From Ramazzottius varieornatus (Eukaryota > Animalia > Tardigrada), in NCBI GenBank assembly GCA_001949185.1, contig BDGG01000004.1, positions 893,620 to 957,619 of the forward strand: a DNA stretch of 64,000 bases. Reading direction: 5' to 3'. Positions 33,109-44,340 of the stretch are shown here, piece after piece. Under the pieces are notes generated by a model that saw nothing but the letters and a program-made list of their open reading frames with translations, was not told the DNA's origin and did not search any database. The number at the start of each line of letters is the position of its first letter. Within the stretch, counting starts at the first letter, position 1. The translations under genes were made by a program, and so were the position numbers.

Positions 33109-36100
33109 ATGGCAGCAGACGGAGTCCCGACTACCACGCCGGTCCCAAGAACCGAACTGGAGGAAATCCAGCTTAACATCAACCAGAAAGCTGACGAGGT
33201 ACGTGTGCTGATTCATGATCTATTTTAGTGGCATTGAGATAGAACCGAAATCAAACAAACCCTTATGTCCAACTTGTTAAAAACACAATAGCAGCACCAC
33301 CTCTGTTGTGGCGAATGCGTCACTTGCAAGCCACCGGAAATCGATCGTACGACAGCCTTGAAACGTTACGTGTGGAAGTTTGGTTCAGAAGATGGCGTCT
33401 CAGTGAGTTGAATCCTTCTTGAGCCTCACCGTCAGGTTGAAAGTATCTGATCGCCTCCTCTTGGTTCAGCTGAGTGCACACAACGAAAGGAGGGACTGGG
33501 GAAGAGAGGCGTGAAGGTGAGACTGTATTAACAGCAATTCTGCGACAAGGTAGTGACGTCATCGCGCACTTTTAAACATGTTAATGTCTAACAGTGGGTT
33601 TATGCGGCGCGATAACTGTGGCTGACTAGACTTGCTCACTGGATCAGGCAGAGGATCCTCTGATACATCCGCCGTATTCAAAGTTCTCACAGAAGCTGAG
33701 TGCGGTTTCGGAGTTTCTGGAGAACTTGACTGAACGACTTCACTAGTCTACGAGTAGATTTTCCCACATAACGACGCAATTAAGACACGCCTGAGAGACC
33801 GGAGACGCCGGCGAAAGTAGAGGGTTGTTCCCTTCTAATCTCTGGAGCTGTCGAGCCTCGAGTTCATAGGATGCCGCGCTCAGCTCGCTAGGAATCATAA
33901 ACGCAAAGCATGCGAGGAAAGTGAGTTTCCGTCCAGTCATCCTGTATCCGGATCCCAGGCCGTATCGATCTTCGAACGCTCCAGCCGACCCCAGACATGC
34001 CTAGACATCGAGACTGACACGTCAGATGCGAATGCGAAACTAAATATGACGTGTAACGACACCGACCTTGGATGGCTCTTAAGCATTTTGGAGATTGTGG
34101 GAGATTGAGACTTCGCTTCCGGGTTGGGCTAGTGAATTCGGTACGTCGAACTCCCAGGGTATGCAGAAACGTACAGCTATGGCTCTTTTAATTTGTCACG
34201 CATACCACAGCGCCTGTAGTCTGTACCATAGTCAAGCTTGATTCAGAGGGGAAGTTAGTCGAGCTCTGTACTATAGCAGCCTGCCGGCAGGGGAGGGCTA
34301 TTTTCTCATCGTTATGCAAAGTACTGGTCCCAGTGCAATTGTCCTTTTTATCCTAGCCGCTCACTAAAGACCTCCAGCTGTAGTAGCGAGGCTGGAGTCC
34401 CGGTTGGTGATCGCTTGATTTGATACACCCGACCACCAACAGGGACTCACTCCACTCTAGCTGACTAATCTCCAACGTAGGCACGCTTTTGTACAACGTA
34501 CAAGGTCCGCAGAGAAGACATCCCGGTCTGCAACTCCATCACAGATGGGCTTTGTGGATTGCTGACACTTGTTTTGAATGTTCCACGATAGTTGACGAAA
34601 TCTAAATTGCTTTTCTCCCCACTCTGCATCTCTCTCTCTCCCTCTTCTCTTCTGAACCACCCAACTGTACCGGCGCAGTATTTACTAGCGGCAATCATCT
34701 GCTTTATCTAGCGCACTTAATTCATCCTGTACTTCCGACATTGCATCTCGTTTCCTTTCACCAAGGCATGCAGAACGGATCCCAACGACAGACATATTCT
34801 GCCTAACATCATATTATACCAGAAGCCTTATCTTTCGCCTGCACGATGGGTCTTGGGAACGCGCGAATATATCTAGAGTGAACTTATATGATACGGTTAG
34901 CTTGAACAAAAAAATGCCTACGGCGGAATCTGTGCGAAATGGCCACGGGACGGGTGGGAAACCCGGGAGCAGAGAACCAGTCGATCTGAAAACCTTGGAC
35001 CTGAATCTTCGAGGGGAGAAAGATGAGTTACAAGTCGAAGAACTGCCCAGGAGGCCTAGTTGGGAAGTCCAGATCGATGATGCGGTGTACGAGGTATCTT
35101 GTGTGAATACGCAACAGAGGAAGAACCCAAGAGCTAGTGAAACTCCAGTGACAAGGAGAAACAAGACGTTCACCTTTCTTCTGGAGTCCAACTTTTCGTC
35201 GTTTCTTCCACGAAACCAAAATAATTCTGCTAAACGGGGCACGAAGAGCGATATCAAATTTTCGTCAAGTTGAGCGTGATATCATGATAGCACACGTGCA
35301 GGTTAAGCTGCTGGTACGCGGTGTTAGGTGTGCAGCTTGCAAGTAAAGCTTGTCACATCAGCAGTCGTTTTGTTTGATTGAAATGACATGTGATCCACAT
35401 GAGCAAACTCATATCCAAAAGGACGTTCGTAGCAGGAACTATCATGTTTATCGATCAGGACAAAACGCTAAACTATGCTTTTGTTTTCATAGTCCCTGGA
35501 CGCAACACGGAGGATGCTCGCCATGTGTGAAGAGGTAAGTAACGTGTTCCTCTTTCTGTACAGAGTAGCTCCAGGAAACCAACATTACACTAAAGCTGTC
35601 ATGATCAGGAGCTTCAGGAGATGGTGAGACCACTCAACAAACTCACCTTTCCCTACGCTTTTAGGGGTTCCACATTTCCTATCATTGTCACGGCGAAAGC
35701 GAGTAACATATGGCGTGAGCAAGGTTATTGGAAGTTGTTGCGTCGTAAAAGGTCGTTAAAATGATCGTTCTGCTGCCTGTGATCAAGTACCGCGTGCTGA
35801 CATGTACTTTATACCTATCAACTCAAAAGGTCAAATCCACAAAGCACACTCAAACATTTTTTAGCGCACGTCACATCAGCTAACTCGAAGCCAGACCAAT
35901 GCTTCCAGTACCGTTAAAACAAACAATACAGTCGTAAATTCGATTATCTGGTGAAACATCCAAAGTTCCATCTGGGACCTCGCATAATGCGCTCTTTGCC
36001 TCTTTCAATTAATATCGATCGAAAGCTCGCTCAAGATGATGGAACTCAAAGTTGGGCGGTAACACGAAAAAAGCACTGACTTGTACCTGATCAGTAAGAA

Positions 36101-37248
36101 TATGGAGTTCTCCAGTGTCTGGTAAGGTACACCAACTTTTGGACGAAAGCGAGGTGTCGGCTACTTTTCAGTATATCAGTGCGAAGCTACTTTGGATGGA
36201 GTCGTCCGCATATCACACTTACCACTCCCTATCTTCATCTAGAGCAAAGATGCTGGTATCCGGACGCTGGTTATGTTGGACGAGCAAGGCGGTAAGTGAC
36301 AAGGACCTTATTCTCCAGACGTTGAACTTGATTGATCCTTTCGAAGTGGGACTAACTCTTGTGAATTTGCTGTCGTTGAAAGTCAATTGAGCGAGAAGTC
36401 TCTTGCCGTTGAGAATATAATTATGCAATTGTACAGAGCAACTGGATCGTATTGAGGAGGGGATGGATCAGATTAATCAAGATATGAAGGAAGCCGAGAA
36501 GAACTTGATTGGCATGGACAAATGCTGCGGCTTATGCGTTTGCCCTTGGAACAAGTATACGCCCTGCTGGTCTCCCACTCGAATTGCAAATATCCTAATG
36601 ACAATTTCTTGTGGTATCCCACAGAGGAAAGAATTTCGAAAAAGGGGCGGATTACGACAAGACGTGGAAAGCAACCGACGACGGCAAAGTCTCGTCGAAC
36701 CAGCCGCGTATGGTGGTCGGTGATGGGAACGGCATGGGCCCTACAGGCGGCTACATCACAAAGTACGGTATAAAATTTAATATTTCCATGAAAAAGTTTA
36801 CATAATCAAAGACTACAATCATCTTTTCGAATTCCTGGTTTTTGCTGGTTTTAAGTTCTCCCTCTGTGTCGCATGATTCACGAGGCACTTGCGCATGTGG
36901 AAATGTGCTTGTCGTTCTTGCATGTGCCTTCTCTCACTCCACCGATTGATTGTTTGTGGTCGGCAGGATCACAAATGACTCTCGTGAAACGGAAATGGAG
37001 GAAAACTTGGGCCAAGTGTCCAGCATGATTACAAACCTGCGTAATATGGCAGGTTAGTGATGCTCACCAAACTTCCGGCAGCTAGAACGGAGTGTCAGTA
37101 ACATTGGGTTTCGGTCTCTGCAGTCGATATGGGTGGAGAAATTGAGACGCAGAATAGTCAAATCAGCCGTATTGGAGACAAGGCCGCTTCCAATCAAGGT
37201 CGGATTGATGAGGCCAACAAAAAAGCCGACAAACTTCTCAAGAAATAA
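33109..37248 (+). CDS. SNAP25: SNAP-25 Qbc-SNARE, isoform using terminal cassette A
   Basis: Shared exons 33109-33198 (MAADG...[17 protein letters not shown]), 35493-35534 ([14 protein letters not shown]), 36243-36291 ([16 protein letters not shown]), 36437-36554 ([40 protein letters not shown]), 36625-36762 (linker). Cassette A = 36967-37052 + 37124-37248 ([14 protein letters not shown]...[12 protein letters not shown]). Confidence 0.95.
34914..35093 (+). CDS. SNAP25: Candidate alternative first coding exon of SNAP-25
   Basis: AAAAATG start, 60 open codons ending ...[10 protein letters not shown], then a phase-0 GAG|GTATCT donor matching the phase-0 acceptor of exon 35493. Confidence 0.5.
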
Positions 37249-37772
37249 CCCTGTTTATCTTCTCCATGACATGCATGTAAATTTTCCCTTCGTTCAATCC
37301 ACTCTTAATTTTGTCGGAGACTTCACATGCTCGATGTTTTTCGGCGAATGGACCTAAGCATGATCTATGTGACTTCCGCTCTTCCTGGTAGACTAACGCT
37401 TGCGCATCCTTCTCTACGCATGTTACCTATTTTTGGTGCTGCTTTCTGTGAAACCAATACGATTCGCGGTCACTTAGCAATCATACCAGTATATCAAATA
37501 CAAATGAGGCAGTTTCGGTATTGCACACACTACCACAATAAGGATTTCCGAAACGGCGGCCCGGTTAACGCTTATCTCGCCAAGTTTTCGCTGTTCGCTG
37601 ATATCGTCTACCACACGATCCCCCGCCACCTTGTGTCATAATCACCGTCCGCGTTGTTACCGTTGCCGCCCCCGGAAACCTCTCTCGGCAATTTTCATTA
37701 GAGCCTTCTGAATTTCGAATGTGGTAAAGCGTTTGGTCCAACTACAGATTGACTGTGCAGTGTATCGTCTAG

Positions 37773-37989
37773 GATCACGAACGATTCTCGCGAGGACGAG
37801 ATGAAAGATAACCTGTGCCAAGTGTCAACCATGATTGGCAATTTGAGGCAAATGGCGGTGGACATGGGTACAGAAATTGGTTCCCAAAACGACCAGCTCG
37901 ATCGGGTTATCCTCAAGGGCGAATCCAACGCAACTCGCATCGTGGAAGCCAATAGAAAAGCCGACAAACTTCTGGTCAAGGCCTCATGA
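37773..37989 (+). CDS. SNAP25: SNAP-25 alternative terminal cassette B (single intronless exon, second SNARE motif)
   Basis: CTAG|G acceptor in the same phase as cassette A; encodes [71 protein letters not shown]. Confidence 0.85.
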
Positions 37990-38425
37990 TCGAGCCTATC
38001 TCCGTTTCTCTCGATCGCCATGATGATGCGTTTCGGCTTTTGCTTGCCCTCTAGCTCCCAATCCAGAACCATGGCCATCCCTTTTAACATTTTTATGAAA
38101 CCGCTCCGATACATACGAACATGCTTTCCCAAGCGCGACGAATTGTTTCGCTCGCAGAAAGTTTCTGTAACTTAGCCAGCCTAAGTCGTAGCTGCGTCTT
38201 GTCTGCTTTCGTCCAGTGCCGATTAGCAACCTGTACTATAGCCTTTTCAAGTCAGAAGACCCACTTCACACAGTGAACCTAAAGATACCCCAAATTGTGA
38301 AACCTTCATCTCTCATGTAACAGTGTTGCCGATCAGAGTCGGCTCAAAAGAGCTCTCAGAGTCGGCCGGATTCAGCTCAAAAATGCGTTGATTTCTACTG
38401 AACAGTTCTTTGGATTTTGTTTTAG

Positions 38426-38700
38426 GATAACGAACGACGACAGAGAAAATGAAATGGAGGACAACCTCTGTCAGGTGTCGACGATGGTTACCAATCTTCG
38501 GAACATGGCGTAGGTTATGCGTTCCGTTAAAGCTTTGATTCAAACAAAAGTTTAAGATTCACTTTGTTAGGTGCGACATGGGTGGAGAACTGGACACACA
38601 AGTGAAACAAATTGAACGCCTTGGCCACAAGGGAGAGTCCAACGCCACGAGAGTAACCGAAGCCAACAAAAAGGCCGACAAGCTCATCGCGAAGGCCTGA
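38426..38700 (+). CDS. SNAP25: SNAP-25 alternative terminal cassette C (exons 38426-38509 and 38571-38700)
   Basis: TTTTAG|G acceptor in the same phase; encodes [28 protein letters not shown]|[42 protein letters not shown] using a GTAGGT...TTAG intron. Confidence 0.82.
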
Positions 38701-39147
38701 AACAGGTTGCCGTGATCACGGCCGGTATTCGCTTCCCGAAAATTCAAGGATTCTATCTGCCGGAGTGGTCGACTGGAAGGATCAACGATGACAATACATT
38801 GATAGTTGCACGCTTACCACGTAACCTAATGCTTTGAATCGGTTGTGTAAGTTGGGACTTTGTAAAGCTCTTCGGTTTTTCTTTTAGTTCGCTTTTGAAC
38901 ACCTAGGTTCGGTCTTGATCTCTCATTAACCAGTCGCAAAACTTACCCAATTCTGCTTCACACGTGCACACGGTACTTGATGTCGTCGAAAAAAATTGGT
39001 ACTGCAGTTCGCCACATTAACATTAAATATTCCCTCAGACAGGCACACCAATAAAATCTGCTGTCTTGCTGCTGGTCCGCGGGTACAGGCCATGAGAAAA
39101 CCGCATTGCGGAGTTCGACATACAGTGTAGGCAAATAAGGTACTCTA

Positions 39148-39197
39148 NNNNNNNNNNNNNNNNNNNNNNNNNNNNNNNNNNNNNNNNNNNNNNNNNN
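39148..39197. other. Assembly gap (50 N)
   Basis: Run of 50 N. Confidence 0.99.
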
Positions 39198-39547
39198 AGC
39201 TTGATCAGCTGTTTGCTTTCTGCGTCACGTCGATTTTGGCCTTGCCCCCTTTCAGAGTACCTTATTTGCCTACACTGTATCACTGTCTTTCTTACCGTAT
39301 ACGGATATGGACCGCAAAATTTCCCAGCGAACGTCAGAAGGGTTCCAGTCATATGAGTGTAATTACAGCTGCTTACAGCGTATTGCGATTGTCAGAGCTG
39401 AAAGGTCATTGTTGCCAAGTATTGCGAGAAACCATTGGTCAAGCTCTGAGACGCCGGCAAAATCTTCTGGAGTACCTAACAATGTAAATAGCGAACTCAT
39501 GTTTTGAATCAAAGAATCAACGGTACATATAGCGAGGTTGTCAGTTG

Positions 39548-39602
39548 TGACGTCATAGTACTGCTTTTGCACAGCGGGAATCGCAGTGATGCTGTGACGT
39601 CA
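39548..39602. promoter_or_regulatory. Tandem CRE/ATF palindromes upstream of macoilin
   Basis: TGACGTCA at 39548-39555 and 39595-39602, about 190-240 bp upstream of the macoilin ATG. Confidence 0.5.
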
Positions 39603-39787
39603 GCGCATTGTGTGGGCAACTGAGGGAAACGGTGGATTGATTTGTATTGATTAGTGTTGATTGGCACAGTCCGTTTGTTTGTATGATCTTCGTTGCAGAT
39701 TTTCTTCTTGTCTTCTGGTATCCATCCTCAGTGTACTTCTTACTTTATTGCTCTTCAACAACAGGACCATCCTAGTGTTGGCGAAAG

Positions 39788-42700
39788 ATGAAACGTCGTA
39801 ACGCTGAAGTAACTAAAAATCGCAAGTGTCCTAAACGATCGAAATACGGCGAAGGATCACTCGGTGTTAGGTAAGTGGACAACGTGACGCATTCTGTTGC
39901 AGCCATAACCCGTGTGACTGCGCCACTGGAGTTGGGTGTTTGGCCTTGTGTTCAACCTGCATGCTGGCTCCTTCCCGCATCTTCTTCCCGACATAATTGG
40001 ATTGTGGATAGCAGGAAGAATGTCTGGTAATACAACGGAACGAAGAAGGAGGATGAAAAAGAATGTCTGGCCTTGTTCTTTGTGTTGATGGCCGTTGTTG
40101 CCTCTACTGGTTTCGACGTTGGTGCGCCACGACAACATAGGGATAAATCACACAGCCGATATTCCCCTACGCTAATCGATCGATAAATCTATCATCCCCG
40201 TTCCTCCGTTCCTAATGGAATTTGTGCTGACTAAGCTTGGCCGGCTTGCTTGCAACGTGAAACCTGGATCGAAAAAGGATTGTTGGCTCGTTTTCACCAT
40301 GCACCTTTGCTCCGTTCGCTGTGTTCTCATTTCGTAATTGCCTGATTCGTGATTGACATCCTTCAGCACTAATTGCTCTCCCTTCCTCTCGGGGTCGGAA
40401 TCCAGTTCATTGGAAGCCAACTATGTCCAGAAGACTGCGGGAAAGGGCCAGAACACTCAAGATACCCAACAAACTGCTGGCAGAACGGTGTGTCAATAAC
40501 GATGGTTCTCCGTTTCTTTGCAGCATCTTCATGGCTGGAAAACTGCTGATCATGTGGATGGTTATTGTTGCCCTGGACTTCGCCTGTGGATTTCGTCTGG
40601 AATATTTTTGGCCCGTCTGGCTCATGCTACAGAGTGTCGCGGATGCCTACAAGTACCAAGGCATCGTAAGTCCTTCTACATGATATTTTCCCGGAATGTT
40701 CCCCCGTATCACAGCACACGGCACGGCCTTGACCATTGCCGGCACAGCCTTGTTCGTCACCCTCGGCACGTCTCTTACCAACGTGCTTATCTTCTTTTTT
40801 CAGGGCTTCACGGTATTTTTTATCAGTATGGTAGTGACGTCGGACATTCTTGTCTACATGTTCGTCCCGACATCCTTCATGTTCTTCTTAGCCAGTCTTT
40901 ACGTCTGGATACAGTACGTGGAAGTTTCCTGTTTACGTACTCGGGTCAGCTTTTGAAACAGTTGTGATCTGTTTTGCGGTTGTTTGCAGGTTGATGATGG
41001 TGTCGGGGATAGAACGAGGTGTATGTCTACAAAACGCGATTATATGGATGGTCTTCCTGTATCTGGAAGCCACCATGAGGTGGCGAGATATCAAAGGCGA
41101 TACCAGCTCGAGTAGTTCGCCCAACTCCAGCACAACCTCCAGTTCCTCGTTTAATTGGGACATCTGTAGGCCGTTTGCAGCACACTGGTGTGTATTTGAT
41201 AACTATCGGTGTTGTAAGAGGGATTAATTTGAAGGTTACAGGATGTTAAACTGGTTCAGGTCGTGGTTTTTTATACGTAGTAAGCTCATTGTTGGTTGTG
41301 CTTTTGCAGTATGGGCTATCCACTGGTGACGCTAAGCTTTAGCATAAAGTCATTTGTGGGCTACAAATATCGCAAGGTGAGTGGCATGTGATGGCAAAGT
41401 GGTTGTAGTTGTGGTCATTAAAACAAACATGAAGGTGAATGGCGAATGCTTTCCCCTCTGTTGCAGCACAAACAGTTGCAGATCGCAACGGAAAATCGCC
41501 TCTTCAGAGATCTCATAAACGACGCGCTACCGGAGGAGAATCGCCGGCCTGTGCCCGAACCGCTTCTTCCTCTCGAAATAACTAAAAGTAAGCCGAAAGA
41601 AAGATTCTTTGTCAGACTAGATGTATTATTTTCCGAGGCAATGGATAAAAAGCAATGATCCTGCATATGTATTCTGCCCTTTTGATACGAGAGCGTCTGA
41701 CAGTTTCAGGGCCGTGCTCTGCACCAACTTGACAGAAATTGCGCAGAAAAACGGCAAAATAATTCAGCGCTCGGAATGCATAACTATACAGCCCGGACGT
41801 TTATCGTCCTGTGCAAAATTTGTGTTCGTTGCAGATGGAATAACAGTGGGTGGAAAAGTCTTATCGACAGATTCGCCCACGGTCTTATCCAACGGCTTCT
41901 TGGCAGTGCCGGTCAATCCCGCGCCGTCAGAACTGCCGAACGGTACCGGTCCGTCATCCTCGTCCTCCTCGAGCAGGAGGGCGATGTTGGTGCAGCAGCC
42001 GACGTCGCAGCCCTCTTCGGACACGTCCAACAACGTCTCGCGGCACTCGCAAAAGTCTCAGCGGAAGTCGTTACGGTTGTTGGGCGACATGCTGTCGACC
42101 ATCACGACGCTTCCTCTGGCCAAGCCGTGTGTCGTGACGGACGACCTGTCGTCAGGCTCGTCGGCGTCCTCGTCTGCTTCCTCAGTGGTCGACGCCCAGG
42201 ATCTCTTTATCAATAGCAGCTCATTAAGCAAGAAGAATTTTAACCTGGAAATGGATAATTGTGATGGCGATTCGGTGGAATCGGAGAAGGTCTTTAGGTT
42301 CAAAGACAGCCATAATCGGTCCAGTTCCAAGTCTAACAGATCACTCTCACCCCGAGCTCCGCAGGGAAGCCACAACACGCTTCAGACCTACGAGAAGGAA
42401 AGTGTCAGTGGCAATCTGGCGACTACGACCACTGCGGGCAGTAGTCGGAATGGCAATGTGGGCAAGAAGGCTCAAAAAGAAAGCATTGGCGACGGCGTGG
42501 CGTCTAAACCGGAACAAGACAGTTTATACTAGTAAGATCGAAACATTCCGAAATTCTTGAAAACTAATCAGTTCTAACCTATCTGAGATGTTTCGTGTTG
42601 GAAAAAATTGGGAAATGGGAATTTGTATAATGCTGCAGATGGGAGCTCGGCAAACAAACTCGGTTAGATCGTTGTTTCAAGTGACGCACGTTTGCAGTAC

Positions 42701-44340
42701 TACTGAACAATAGCATGCGCCACTTGGTAAAACGTTTTTGTTTACCGAGCTCCCAAATAGGTGTCATGTATTTTATCCGATATAATGTTTTGTGTTTATT
42801 GTAGTTCGAAGCTGGAAGGTGACTTGAAGAGGTTGCGCGTGGACCTGCAACTCAGTCGGCAGATCGAGCAGGACTTGAAGAGCCAGATGGCGACGCTGAC
42901 AAGCAGTGACAGGTCCATCCGGTCCGAAATGGCCAAGCTCCAGACTGACAATGACCTGCTTCAGCAACGCTTGACCAATCTACTAGCTGCTCGTACTCAG
43001 GACAAACAAAATGCTCTGCTGGCGGAAAAGAAGCTTGCTGAAGAAAAGAAATTGAGGCAACAAAGCGAGGCGCAGCTGGAGAAAGAACGGAAGCAACGCA
43101 AGGCCCAAGACGAAATGTACGTTCAACTCGGTGTCCATAACTTACGGGCCTTTTGATTGGTATTTCAATGCTATGGCTGTTCGGATTACCAGGACCTCGG
43201 AAATTGGGGTCTAGACAAACAACGTCGACCAGATCGTTCTTTCATGTGGTGCACGTTTTCACCGAAAAACGGTGGAGATGTGCGCCAGTCGGGAAAACAA
43301 TCTTGTCATGTTTGTTGGCCGAGCTGCCAAATGATTCGTGCAATTTCCGCTAGCCGATGTTGATGTGTGATCTTCCTTCAGAGTACCCGAATGCTCAACG
43401 ACGTGTAAGCAGCAGAAACGCGATTTGGAGAATGAGTTACAGCAAATCAAGCGCGATTTGGCTAGCAAGGACGAGAAGATGCGAAATCAAGGAGCAGAAA
43501 TCAACGTGAGTATTTTAATCATGCTTTGAAATCCATTCATGCCTGATGGGTGTTTTTGCTCGATATTTAGTCGATGAAACAACAGAAGGAGAGCACACGA
43601 GAAACCGACAGGTTGATGTCTACCATCACGCAACTGCAAGACCGCAATGCTCACTTGGAACACTCGCTGGGCGCGGAGACCCGCCTGAAACTGGAACTGT
43701 TTTCGGCACTCGGTGAAGCCAAACGACAAGTGGAAATCTCTCAGAGTAAGATAACAGTGTTGAACTTCTGTCTGTCAGTGAAAGTCTTGTAACCAAAGTG
43801 GTTCGAAATGAAATGGGAGCTCAGCTAACAATCTCGACACGAGCGTTTTCCTAAGTAGCGCACGTTTGCAACCAATAAAGTCGACAGCGTGCGCCACTTG
43901 GAAAATATCTTGCCGCATTGACTGCCGAGCTTCCAAAAATGACTTATTCAATCGTAGAGTTGAGTCTCAAGAACTTGAGTCCTGAAAATTCAGTTGGGAA
44001 GATTACGCTCACTGGTTTTCGAGTAACGATGTCGTTACGAACCAAGTCGTGTATTGACATGATTTTTTTCCTGCCTTCTACAGTTAACATTGGAGATCGC
44101 GATAAGGAAATTCGTCAATTAAAACAGACGATCGCGCGCATCACTGAAGCCATGAATTTGCTACCATCGAGCGGCAATCAGTCCTCCATCGCTTCGTTCT
44201 TGGCCGACGCCTCCAAGCAGCATCAGCAGCAGCAACAACAACAACAACAACAAGCCCAGTCCAACCAGCAGAAGGGACTCCAAGCCTCCGGTAGCCAGTC
44301 CAGCACCAACCGCAGCCTCTCCTCACCCGACTACCAATAG
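39788..44340 (+). CDS. MACO1: Macoilin (TMEM57), multi-exon
   Basis: Start MKRRNAEVTKNRKCPKRSK, TM region with DFACGFRLEYFWPVWLML and DICRPFAAH, Ser-rich middle, coiled coils LEGDLKRLRVDLQLSRQIEQDLK and LEHSLGAETRLKLELFSALGEAKRQ, poly-Q tail. Confidence 0.92.
42641..42754. mobile_element. Palindromic MITE-like element, copy 2 (macoilin intron)
   Basis: GGGAGCTCGGCAAACAAA...TTTTTGTTTACCGAGCTCCC with inner CAAGTGACGCAC / GCGCCACTTG inverted pair. Confidence 0.7.
43815..43934. mobile_element. Palindromic MITE-like element, degenerate copy 3 (macoilin intron)
   Basis: GGGAGCTCAGCTAACAA...CTAAGTAGCGCACG...CGTGCGCCACTTGG...CTGCCGAGCTTCC. Confidence 0.6.
44218..44253 (+). repeat. CAG/CAA poly-glutamine tract in the macoilin last exon
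   Basis: CAG CAT CAG CAG CAG (CAA)7 encoding QHQQQQQQQQQQ. Confidence 0.85.

Noticed and set aside
37773-38700. Cassettes B and C as separate SNAP-25 paralogous genes or pseudogenes
   Set aside because: There are no upstream first-SNARE-motif exons between them. Each starts at a phase-compatible splice acceptor and is intact, so alternative terminal exons is the simpler reading.
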